In this document: in pieces, positions 53,170-61,198 of the stretch
Layout: each line of letters begins with the position of its first letter
Numbering within the stretch: the first letter of the stretch is position 1
Source: an uncultured Bacilli bacterium
GTDB taxonomy: Bacteria > Bacillota_I > Bacilli_A > RF39 > UBA660
Length of the DNA stretch: 61,198 nucleotides
Direction: 5' to 3'
NCBI GenBank assembly: GCA_944331715.1
Contig: CALVIP010000004.1
Coordinates: 1-61,198 of the forward strand
Made by a program: the position numbers and the translations under genes
The notes under the pieces: model-generated
Seen by the model: only the letters and a program-made list of their open reading frames with translations
The model's database searches: none
What the model was told of the DNA's origin: nothing

Positions 53170-53247
53170 AGTGGTTATAATAGCTTTTCAATATCAGGAT
53201 TGTTTAATCCCAACATTTTGCATTTTATGCACTTTTTGCTTCCCACT
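53170..53247 (-). promoter_or_regulatory. Second L1-binding-type leader before rplK
   Basis: Minus AGTGGGAAGC...GCTATTATAACCACT enclosing two small hairpins. Confidence 0.55.
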
Positions 53248-53320
53248 AATATTAATCTATATATAAAATTAATATAGCCCCTAAATAATAGCATACTTTT
53301 TCTTATTTGACAAGAGAAAA

Positions 53321-53854
53321 CTATGCTTTTTCTATTTGAGTTAATTCAACTTCAACTTGAGTTTCTTGTCCAAATAAATCAACATTAAGAACAATTTTCT
53401 CATTAGCACTATCAACTTCTTCGATAACTCCATACATTCCTGTGAATGGTCCACCGATGATTTTAACTTTAGTACCAGGTTGTAATTCTTTATCAATATC
53501 AATTCTGCTAATACCCATATTTCTTAAGATATGGTCTACTTCACTAGGTTGTAATGGTGTAGGTTTAGCACCTTTACCACTTGATCCGATAAATCCTGTA
53601 ACTCCTGGAGTATTACGAACTATATACCATGCTTCATCTGTCATAATCATTTCTACTAAGATATATCCTGGGAATAGTTTTTTTACTTTAGTCTTTTTAA
53701 CTCCATCTTTAATCTCAGTTTCTTCTTGTTCTGGAACAATTACTCTAAATATATAATCTTGCATATTCATTGATTCAGCACGCATTAAAAGTTTTTCTTG
53801 AACTTTTTTCTCATGTCCTGAATAAGTATTAACGACATACCATTGTTTTTCCAT
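53321..53854 (-). CDS. nusG: Transcription factor NusG
   Basis: WYVVNTYSGHE, FPGYILVEM, VRNTPGVTGF, KOW domain. Confidence 0.97.
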   Translation of the reverse strand: MEKQWYVVNTYSGHEKKVQEKLLMRAESMNMQDYIFRVIVPEQEETEIKDGVKKTKVKKLFPGYILVEMIMTDEAWYIVRNTPGVTGFIGSSGKGAKPTPLQPSEVDHILRNMGISRIDIDKELQPGTKVKIIGGPFTGMYGVIEEVDSANEKIVLNVDLFGQETQVEVELTQIEKA

Positions 53855-53867
53855 AACCATTTCCTTC

Positions 53868-54164
53868 CTATTTACCTAATGAATGAAGTGCTGCTATTAT
53901 TACATCTATTAAATAGAAGAATAATGAGCAACAAATAATAAATATTATAGTGGCAATAGAGTATTTAACCATTTCTTTTCTTGAAGGCCATTTTACTCTT
54001 TTAAATTCTGTTTTTACACCACTAAAAAAGTTAGCTATTTTGGTAAATACACTTACCTTTTCTTTCTTTTTGCCTTTAGAAGAAGTCTTTTTATTTTCTT
54101 TTTTAGATACTTCTTTTAAAGAGTCTTTTTTAATTTCTTTAGTTTCTTCTTTTTTCTTTGCCAT
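53868..54164 (-). CDS. secE: Preprotein translocase SecE with Lys-rich N-terminal extension
   Basis: EFKRVKWPSRKE plus one TM, directly upstream of nusG. Confidence 0.92.
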   Translation of the reverse strand: MAKKKEETKEIKKDSLKEVSKKENKKTSSKGKKKEKVSVFTKIANFFSGVKTEFKRVKWPSRKEMVKYSIATIIFIICCSLFFYLIDVIIAALHSLGK

Positions 54165-54265
54165 ATACACATCTTCCTTTGTATTTTTTTCTAAAAGAAA
54201 AACACTTTCCAGTGCTTAAGCATACATTACCACAAAGTGTTTCTTTAGTCAATATTTTTTAAACA

Positions 54266-55834
54266 TTAATTTTTAGAAAAGTTTCCCTGGTTTATATATA
54301 ATTTTTTTCTTTTTGCAATTCCTTCGATATTTTTTCTTTGATAATAACCCTTATTTTCTTTTAGTAGTTGTTCTATTCTTTTATTAGCTTCTGTTATTCT
54401 ACCATTTCTATACATTTCTTTTATTCTTTCTAATTCTTTACATAATTCTCTATCATTACTAATTCCATTATATTCTAAATCAAAAAATTCTTCTGATAAT
54501 ATTAAATTATGAGATACTGCAAATTTATGAACATCAAAGTCTTTATCATTTCTTCCTTGATTCATTATTATATTTATTATTCTATCTATTCTTATATCTT
54601 CAAAATTAATATCAAAAGTGTTAACAATTAATTTTTGTAAATATCTTATTTTTTTTGCTGATTTTATTTTCTTATTAGTAACTTCTATTACAACTAAATA
54701 TAATAATGCTTTTAAATATTTTTCTCCCCCATTTTCTATATAATTTTTAAAACATTTATAAGCCTCGTCTTTATTCTTATTTTTATATAATATTTTACCT
54801 ATGTAATAATCAAAAATAGGATGGTTTGTAATATATTTCCCATAAGTATAATAATCATAGGCGGTAGATAAATTGTTATCATGGTATTGTTCTCGACCTT
54901 TTGTAATTGCTTTAGCATATACTTCTTTTTGTTCTTTTCCCAATTCCTGATAGGCTCTTTCTTCATTTATTTTATTTTTTAAATATCGTATTTGAGGTTG
55001 ATAATTTACTGATTTATGAGATAGTTCTTCTAATAATTTGGTAGCAGTTTCAAGATCTTGTTTAATCATTTTATCTATAATTATTAGTTGTTGTTTTATA
55101 TCTAACCTTTTAATCATTAAATATGTTTCTTCAGCATTATTTGGACTATCTATTAATTTATTTATAATATCATTTCTTCCGTTAGTAATTTGTATATAGA
55201 CATCCTTAACTTCTTCTTTTAATTTTACTGCTAATAGTAATATTTTCTCTATATCAACTGACATATTTTTGTTATCAACTATGTCATTCAATTTTTGTAA
55301 TTCTACTATTAACTCGGTATAATCACGATTATTTAAAGCTATTATTGCCTTATGATATGTTTCTAAAGCGGTTTTATCTAGAAATTTGTACTCATATAAT
55401 TGGTCTGTTAAGGCTATTTGGTAATCCGTTTTAAAATATAACAATGGTTTTCTTTCTAAATCTAGTATAATTTCTAACATTGTTAGTGGTAAACTTATTT
55501 CTATTTTTTTACTTTGATACTTTTCTTTATATTGGAATAAATCCAAATAAGCATCTTCAAAATTACCTTCTAACACATCAATTTTATAAAGGTGATAATA
55601 TGTACTAGCTTGTTCATATCCATTGTCAATCATATTCGTTAAGAAATATTTTGCTTCAGCTATGATATTAAATTTTAATAATATTTTTGCCATAGTTAAA
55701 TCATAATACTGATTGTCTATTCCCGCTTCTTTTAATTTATTTAACAAATAAATTGCTTTTCTCCATTCATATGGTTGTGTCTCTTTGGCATAAATTATCT
55801 TTTTTATCTTTAGCTTAATTTTTTCTGTTTCCAT
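54266..55834 (-). CDS. Hypothetical helical-repeat (TPR-like) protein
   Basis: YYHLYKIDVLEGNFEDA, YYIGKILYK..KDEAYKCF. Confidence 0.65.
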   Translation of the reverse strand: METEKIKLKIKKIIYAKETQPYEWRKAIYLLNKLKEAGIDNQYYDLTMAKILLKFNIIAEAKYFLTNMIDNGYEQASTYYHLYKIDVLEGNFEDAYLDLFQYKEKYQSKKIEISLPLTMLEIILDLERKPLLYFKTDYQIALTDQLYEYKFLDKTALETYHKAIIALNNRDYTELIVELQKLNDIVDNKNMSVDIEKILLLAVKLKEEVKDVYIQITNGRNDIINKLIDSPNNAEETYLMIKRLDIKQQLIIIDKMIKQDLETATKLLEELSHKSVNYQPQIRYLKNKINEERAYQELGKEQKEVYAKAITKGREQYHDNNLSTAYDYYTYGKYITNHPIFDYYIGKILYKNKNKDEAYKCFKNYIENGGEKYLKALLYLVVIEVTNKKIKSAKKIRYLQKLIVNTFDINFEDIRIDRIINIIMNQGRNDKDFDVHKFAVSHNLILSEEFFDLEYNGISNDRELCKELERIKEMYRNGRITEANKRIEQLLKENKGYYQRKNIEGIAKRKKLYINQGNFSKN

Positions 55835-55976
55835 TTTAATTTCATCTTTCTACTATGTTCAAGATATACTCTATTTTTAAAACTTTAACATAGATTTTTA
55901 ATTAATTATTATTTTTTCAAGTTGTCATCAATAATAGGTGGCTATACACATGTTGTTAAAATTTATTATACTATAT

Positions 55977-55999
55977 TTTTCCACAAGAGTTGTGGATTT
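55977..55999. promoter_or_regulatory. Inverted DnaA-box-like pair, copy 4
   Basis: TTTTCCACA-AGAGT-TGTGGATTT. Confidence 0.45.
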
Positions 56000-56014
56000 C
56001 TGCTTTTTTCTGTT

Positions 56015-57967
56015 TTATTCACTCTTCATTTCAAATAAAGCATTTCTTAACTCCATAGCTCTTTCAAAGTCAAGACTCTTAGCTGCTTCTTTCATTTCTT
56101 GTTCAATTCTCTCTAGTTCTAACATCTTTTCTTTCTTAGTTAATTTCTTCTTAGGTTTAGTAGAGTCTTTTGTATCGATGTTACTAATAACTTCTCTTAT
56201 TTCTTTTTCTATTGTTTTAGGAACTATGCCATGTTCTTTATTATAGGCTTCTTGGATTTCACGACGACGTTTTGTCTCTTTAATTGCTTTATCCATAGAT
56301 TCTGTAATATTATCTCCATACATAATAACATGTCCATTAGCATTTCTTGCACAACGTCCTATTGTTTGAATAAGACTTCGCTCACTTCTTAAGAATCCTT
56401 CTTTATCGGCGTCTAATATAGCGATTAATGATACTTCTGGGATATCTATACCTTCACGTAATAGGTTTATTCCGACAACAACATCATAGATTCCACATCT
56501 TAAGTCATGAATGATTTGTAAACGTTCTAAAGTTTTTATTTCAGTATGAAGGTATGCTACTTTAATATCTAGGTCTTTTAAGTAGTTAGTTAACTCTTCA
56601 CTCATTCTAATAGTTAAAGTGGTTATTAAGACTCTTTCATTTTTCTTAATACGTTCATTTATCTCTCCTACTAAGTCATCTATTTGTCCTTCTGTCTTTC
56701 TAACTTCAATAGTTGGGTCAAGTAGTCCTGTTGGTCTAATGATTTGTTCTACAAACTTACCATGTGTTTTTTCAAGTTCATAATCACCTGGTGTTGCTGA
56801 TACATATATCGCTTGTTTTATTTTCTTTTCAAATTCATCAAACTTTAAAGGACGGTTATCAAGGGCACTAGGTAGACGGAATCCATAATCAACTAAGTTT
56901 TGTTTTCTTGCTCTATCTCCATTATACATTCCTCTTACTTGAGGTAGAGTTACGTGGGATTCATCTACTATTAAAAGATAATCATCACCAAAGAAATCCA
57001 TTAGGGTTGTAGGAGTTTCTCCAGGCTTACGTCCTGCCATAGGTGCTGAGTAGTTTTCAATACCATGACAGAAGCCTGTTTCTTCTAGCATCTCTAAATC
57101 ATAGTTAGTTCGTTGTTCAAGACGTTCTGCTGCTAGTAACTTATTTTGGCTTTTAAGTTCTTCTAATCGTTCTGCTAATTCTTTTTTTATCCTTTTAATC
57201 GCTTCTTTTAATTTATCATCACTAATTACAAAGTGACTGGCTGGGAAAATACTAACGTTTTTCTTATTAGATATTACTGTTCCTGTTAAAACATCTATTT
57301 CACTAATTCTATCTATTTCACTACCAAAGAATTCTATTCTATAACCTGTTTGATTTTGATTAGTAGGAATTATTTCTAAGACATCTCCTCTTACTCTAAA
57401 AGTACCACGATGGAAATCTAAATCATTTCTTGCATATTGCATTTCTACAAGTTTCACTAGGACTTCATTTCTATCTATTTCTTCTCCTATACTTAGTGTT
57501 AACATTTTATTTTTATATTCTTCTACTTCTCCAATACCATAGATACAAGAAACACTTGCGACAACAATAGTATCTTTTGATGATAGTAATGCAGATGTGG
57601 CAGCATGACGAAGTTCATCTATTTCATCATTTATAGATGAGTCTTTTTCAATATAAGTATCAGTACTAGGAACATATGCTTCCGGCTGATAATAGTCATA
57701 GTAACTGACAAAATAACAAACATGATTCATAGGAAATAATTCTTTCATTTCACTGTAAAGTTGTCCTGCTAGAGTTTTATTATGAGCGAGTATTAGTGTT
57801 GGTTTATTAACTTCTTTAATAACATTAGCCATGGTAAAAGTTTTACCTGTTCCTGTTGCACCTAATAAAACTTGTTCTTTCTTACCTTCTTTTATTCCTT
57901 CTACTAGCTCTTTTATCGCTTCTGGTTGGTCTCCACTTGGCTTAAATTTTGATACTAATTTAAACAT
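56015..57967 (-). CDS. uvrB: Excinuclease ABC subunit B
   Basis: [32 protein letters not shown]-terminal UVR domain. Confidence 0.98.
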   Translation of the reverse strand: MFKLVSKFKPSGDQPEAIKELVEGIKEGKKEQVLLGATGTGKTFTMANVIKEVNKPTLILAHNKTLAGQLYSEMKELFPMNHVCYFVSYYDYYQPEAYVPSTDTYIEKDSSINDEIDELRHAATSALLSSKDTIVVASVSCIYGIGEVEEYKNKMLTLSIGEEIDRNEVLVKLVEMQYARNDLDFHRGTFRVRGDVLEIIPTNQNQTGYRIEFFGSEIDRISEIDVLTGTVISNKKNVSIFPASHFVISDDKLKEAIKRIKKELAERLEELKSQNKLLAAERLEQRTNYDLEMLEETGFCHGIENYSAPMAGRKPGETPTTLMDFFGDDYLLIVDESHVTLPQVRGMYNGDRARKQNLVDYGFRLPSALDNRPLKFDEFEKKIKQAIYVSATPGDYELEKTHGKFVEQIIRPTGLLDPTIEVRKTEGQIDDLVGEINERIKKNERVLITTLTIRMSEELTNYLKDLDIKVAYLHTEIKTLERLQIIHDLRCGIYDVVVGINLLREGIDIPEVSLIAILDADKEGFLRSERSLIQTIGRCARNANGHVIMYGDNITESMDKAIKETKRRREIQEAYNKEHGIVPKTIEKEIREVISNIDTKDSTKPKKKLTKKEKMLELERIEQEMKEAAKSLDFERAMELRNALFEMKSE

Positions 57968-58084
57968 AGGCATCACTCCTTGCAAGTATTATATCATTAA
58001 GATCATACACTGACAAAGAAATTTACTTTTTAAAAATTTTTTATTTATAATGCAATAGTATATATAGTGACAAAGTCTATAATT

Positions 58085-58411
58085 TTAAGATATCTTTAAG
58101 CCATCTTCGACTTTACTATCTAGGTTTAGTAAAACTACACCGTTATTAGTTACAACTCCTAATACTAGAACTTCACTTGTTACCTCTGAGATATGAATAG
58201 GCTTAAAGTTAACTACTGCGATTATTTGCTTTCCTATTAAATCTTTTTCTTTATATAAATCTGTAATCTGAGCGGATGATTTTTTTATACCTAAAGGACC
58301 AAAATCTATCTTTAACTTATAAGCTTTCTTTCTTGCTCCTTTATTAATACTTGCATCTATTATCGTACCAACTCTTAAATCTATTTTATTAAAATCTTCT
58401 AATGTTATCAT
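58085..58411 (-). CDS. csaA: CsaA-like tRNA-binding/chaperone protein
   Basis: DLRVGTI, AYKLKIDFG, SSAQIT, VVNF, SEVLVLG. Confidence 0.88.
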   Translation of the reverse strand: MITLEDFNKIDLRVGTIIDASINKGARKKAYKLKIDFGPLGIKKSSAQITDLYKEKDLIGKQIIAVVNFKPIHISEVTSEVLVLGVVTNNGVVLLNLDSKVEDGLKIS

Positions 58412-58455
58412 ATTTCTCCTTTATATTAAAAGCATAGGACTAGCCTATGCCATAA

Positions 58456-59613
58456 TTATCTTCCATTCCACCAAACTCTTAGTCCTGATGGGAATCCTAT
58501 ATATTGTCTTGGATTAATTGTACTTTTTTGATATGTTGCCCAAGTACAACCACCACCAGCATGCCAATCACAAGTTGTAAGTTCTAGGTGTAAGTGTGCT
58601 CCGAAAGAGTATCCTGTATTACCCATTCTACCAATTACAGTATCTGGTGTTACTACATCTCCTACATTTACATACCATGCTGACAAATGTGCATATGTTG
58701 AGTAAATATATCTACCATTAACATTATGTCTTATTTTTAAAACTAAAGCTCCATATGTATCATAGTATTTTGCAAAGACTACTCCACTTGCTACTGGATA
58801 TATTTCTATTGTTTTATTTGTATTTGATAAATCAATTCCTAAATGTCCAGCATTCATCCAATTTTGTGTAACATAACCACTAACCATTGGACGATAGAAT
58901 CCTGATGCTGATGGAACAGAATTACCATTTACTCTCATTTCACAAGCAGTTATATCTTCATTTTCTCCACATCCAAGTTTTTTATAATAAGCTAGTTGTT
59001 TTTCTGCTTCTTCTTTTTGTTTTTCAACACTTGGCATTGCATCTTTAATAGCAGCAGTTTCGGCATTAATCTTAGACTGTTCTGCTTCTAGTTCATCTGT
59101 TAATTTTTCCAACTCTTGATTTTTTACAGCAAGTTCTTCTTTTCTTTGTTTATTATCTTCAATTAGTTTTGTAAGATCATCCATAACTTGCTCATTATAT
59201 TCTGTTAATTGCTCGACTATAGCCATACGATAAACCATATCAGTAACATCTGTCGCTCCAAAAATATACTCTACATAAGCATTTTCTCCTTCACTAACTT
59301 GAAGATATTGAAATAAAGATTTACTTTGTTCACTTTTTTCAGCGATTTCATTGTTTGATTCTTCTATTTCTTGCTCTAAAACTTCAGTTTCACTTTTTAT
59401 TGAGCTAATTTGATTTTCATAATCAGCTATTTTTTGTTTTATTTCTGCTACTTCAGCATCATTTGCAGCGATTTGATTATTCTTACTTTCAAGGTCTGCT
59501 GTAAACTTATTTACTTCATCTTCTAGTTGTTTCAAAGTTTTAGCATTTGTATTAACTGGTATTATAAATACTGCTAATAAAATTAATAATATAACTGAAC
59601 TTATCTTTTTCAT
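58456..59613 (-). CDS. Secreted coiled-coil M23 peptidoglycan endopeptidase, probable FtsEX partner
   Basis: Signal peptide, long coiled coil, HLGID, YAHL, GAHLHLE. Confidence 0.9.
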   Translation of the reverse strand: MKKISSVILLILLAVFIIPVNTNAKTLKQLEDEVNKFTADLESKNNQIAANDAEVAEIKQKIADYENQISSIKSETEVLEQEIEESNNEIAEKSEQSKSLFQYLQVSEGENAYVEYIFGATDVTDMVYRMAIVEQLTEYNEQVMDDLTKLIEDNKQRKEELAVKNQELEKLTDELEAEQSKINAETAAIKDAMPSVEKQKEEAEKQLAYYKKLGCGENEDITACEMRVNGNSVPSASGFYRPMVSGYVTQNWMNAGHLGIDLSNTNKTIEIYPVASGVVFAKYYDTYGALVLKIRHNVNGRYIYSTYAHLSAWYVNVGDVVTPDTVIGRMGNTGYSFGAHLHLELTTCDWHAGGGCTWATYQKSTINPRQYIGFPSGLRVWWNGR

Positions 59614-59642
59614 TGAAACACCTCCATTTATTCTCTTTTATC

Positions 59643-60542
59643 TTATACTTTTAAATACTTTCTAACAGCAGAAGCTGAACCTATCATACCTACAATTATA
59701 CCTATTACTAAGACTATTCCTGATACCATATAGATAAATGGTTCTGGCTCGATTAAAGTTATCATTCTACTATATAAATAACCATCAAAGTGATTATATA
59801 GAGCAATATAGCCAAAGCATACTATTAATATTGGAATAATTGAACCTAATAGTCCTAAGACCATACCTTCTATTATAAATGGTGTTTTAATTGTAAAGTT
59901 AGATGCTCCTACTAGTCTCATTATAGATATTTCTCTTTTTCTTGAGAAGATTGTTAGTTTAATTGTATTGATAATTAAGAATACTGTTACTAGTATTAAA
60001 GCTATTACCATTCCATATGAGACATTTTGTGCTGCTTCAAATGCTTCTATTAAGTTATCTACCATACCTTCACCATATTTAACAGAACTTACTTTATCAA
60101 TCTTCTCTATATTTTTTGCTGTGTTTGATATTCTTTCAACTACTTTTACTTTTACTTGAAAAGTATCTTTTAGTGGATTATCTTCATCATCCCAAGTACT
60201 CATTACTTCATTGAAAACTTCATTTTCTTGGCTCATTTCTTCTTTTACTGAAGCTTTACTTTGATAAGTCAAAGACTCAACATTACTCATAGATTCTAAT
60301 TTATCTCTTATCTCTTCTACTTCTTCTTCAGTTGTATCAGTGTCTAGAAATACAACTATTGTTAAATCTTTTTCCATTTCTTTAGTAAAGTTTTGAACAT
60401 TGAAAGTAACTATTATTGAAATTGCTACAATAATTAGTGTAATTGTTATACATGAGATAGAGGCAAGTGAAAGGCTAAAGTTTCTAAAGACACTTTTGAA
60501 AGCATCTCTTATACTTCTTCTTAACATTCTAAAAAATTTCAT
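59643..60542 (-). CDS. ftsX: Cell division permease FtsX
   Basis: NPL, INTIKLTIFSRKREI.IMRLVGA, PFIIEG. Confidence 0.95.
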   Translation of the reverse strand: MKFFRMLRRSIRDAFKSVFRNFSLSLASISCITITLIIVAISIIVTFNVQNFTKEMEKDLTIVVFLDTDTTEEEVEEIRDKLESMSNVESLTYQSKASVKEEMSQENEVFNEVMSTWDDEDNPLKDTFQVKVKVVERISNTAKNIEKIDKVSSVKYGEGMVDNLIEAFEAAQNVSYGMVIALILVTVFLIINTIKLTIFSRKREISIMRLVGASNFTIKTPFIIEGMVLGLLGSIIPILIVCFGYIALYNHFDGYLYSRMITLIEPEPFIYMVSGIVLVIGIIVGMIGSASAVRKYLKV

Positions 60543-61198
60543 TCTTCATAGCCTCCTTTCTCAAGATGTTTAATAAGTCTACCATCCTTTAGGAGTACAA
60601 CTTCTTTTTGCATTTTATTAACTATTTCTTTGTCATGAGTTGCCATGATGATGGTTGTACCACATGTTTTATTGATTTCTTCTAGAACTTTGACTATTTC
60701 CATACTACGTTCTGGATCAAGGTTTCCTGTAGGCTCATCACAAAGTAATATTCTTGGTTCATTAACAATCGCTCTTGCTATGGCAACACGTTGTTGTTCT
60801 CCTCCTGATAATTGGTCTGGGTAGTTATGTATCTTAGCTTTAAGTCCTACTAGTTCTAAAGCTTTTAAGACTTTTTTTCTTGTTTCCTGTTTAGTCGCAC
60901 CAATTGATTCCATTGTAAAGGCAACATTTTCATAAACTGTTAACTTTGGTAATAAGCGATAATCTTGGAAGACAATTCCTAATTTACGTCTTAATTTATA
61001 TACCTTACTATTTCTAAGTTTTGCAACATTAATACCACCTACATAGATTTCCCCACTAGTTGGTTTTTCTTCACGGTATAACATCTTGATAAAAGTACTT
61101 TTACCAGAGCCTGAACCACCTATTACAAAGACAAAAGAACCTTTCTTTATATTAAGGCTTAAGTCATAGATAGCAGTTACACCATTTTTATATTGTTT
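60539..61198 (-). CDS. ftsE: Cell division ATPase FtsE; 5' end lies beyond the window
   Basis: GGSGSGKST Walker A lies upstream of the ORF-track start; [22 protein letters not shown]. Confidence 0.95.
   Translation of the reverse strand, partial: KQYKNGVTAIYDLSLNIKKGSFVFVIGGSGSGKSTFIKMLYREEKPTSGEIYVGGINVAKLRNSKVYKLRRKLGIVFQDYRLLPKLTVYENVAFTMESIGATKQETRKKVLKALELVGLKAKIHNYPDQLSGGEQQRVAIARAIVNEPRILLCDEPTGNLDPERSMEIVKVLEEINKTCGTTIIMATHDKEIVNKMQKEVVLLKDGRLIKHLEKGGYEE

Noticed and set aside
732-60159. Short antisense or overlapping ORFs in the track (e.g. 732-980, 5111-5350, 20171-20395, 22490-22831, 42670-42966, 50891-51241, 53442-53756)
   Set aside because: They shadow well-supported genes and lack RBS and motifs.
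1-61198. Possible TGA=Trp recoding, given the Mollicute-like traits
   Set aside because: Conserved genes are uninterrupted under the standard code, and TGA ends map, adk and the methyltransferase.

Overview
Very AT-rich chromosomal window from a walled, probably sporulation-capable member of the Bacilli. Standard genetic code (TGA is used as a stop). The mix of spo0A, cse60, two FemABX proteins, MurJ and FtsEX with no rpmD and an RpoB H526N-equivalent resembles uncultured gut Bacilli such as RF39; this placement is inference. Most genes lie on the minus strand and are housekeeping: femABX-murJ, leuS with a Leu T-box, the S10-spc-alpha ribosomal cluster, dinB, gap-pgk-tpiA-gpmI, spo0A, rpoBC, rplK-A-J-L, nusG-secE, uvrB, csaA and ftsEX-M23. 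Orphan genes are scattered between them. No rRNA, tRNA, CRISPR array or transposase was recognised. Best leads: (1) a TPR-like plus putative BECR-fold RNase protein whose RBS would be masked in read-through transcripts; (2) four copies of an inverted DnaA-box-like pair with an exact 5-bp spacer; (3) a promoter-to-terminator unit with no credible gene at 4668-4850; (4) intact but catalytically altered Fic and AAA/DUF4143 proteins; (5) a long palindrome at the point where a nucleotidyltransferase gene is cut short. All family calls come from motif recognition only; no database searches were run.
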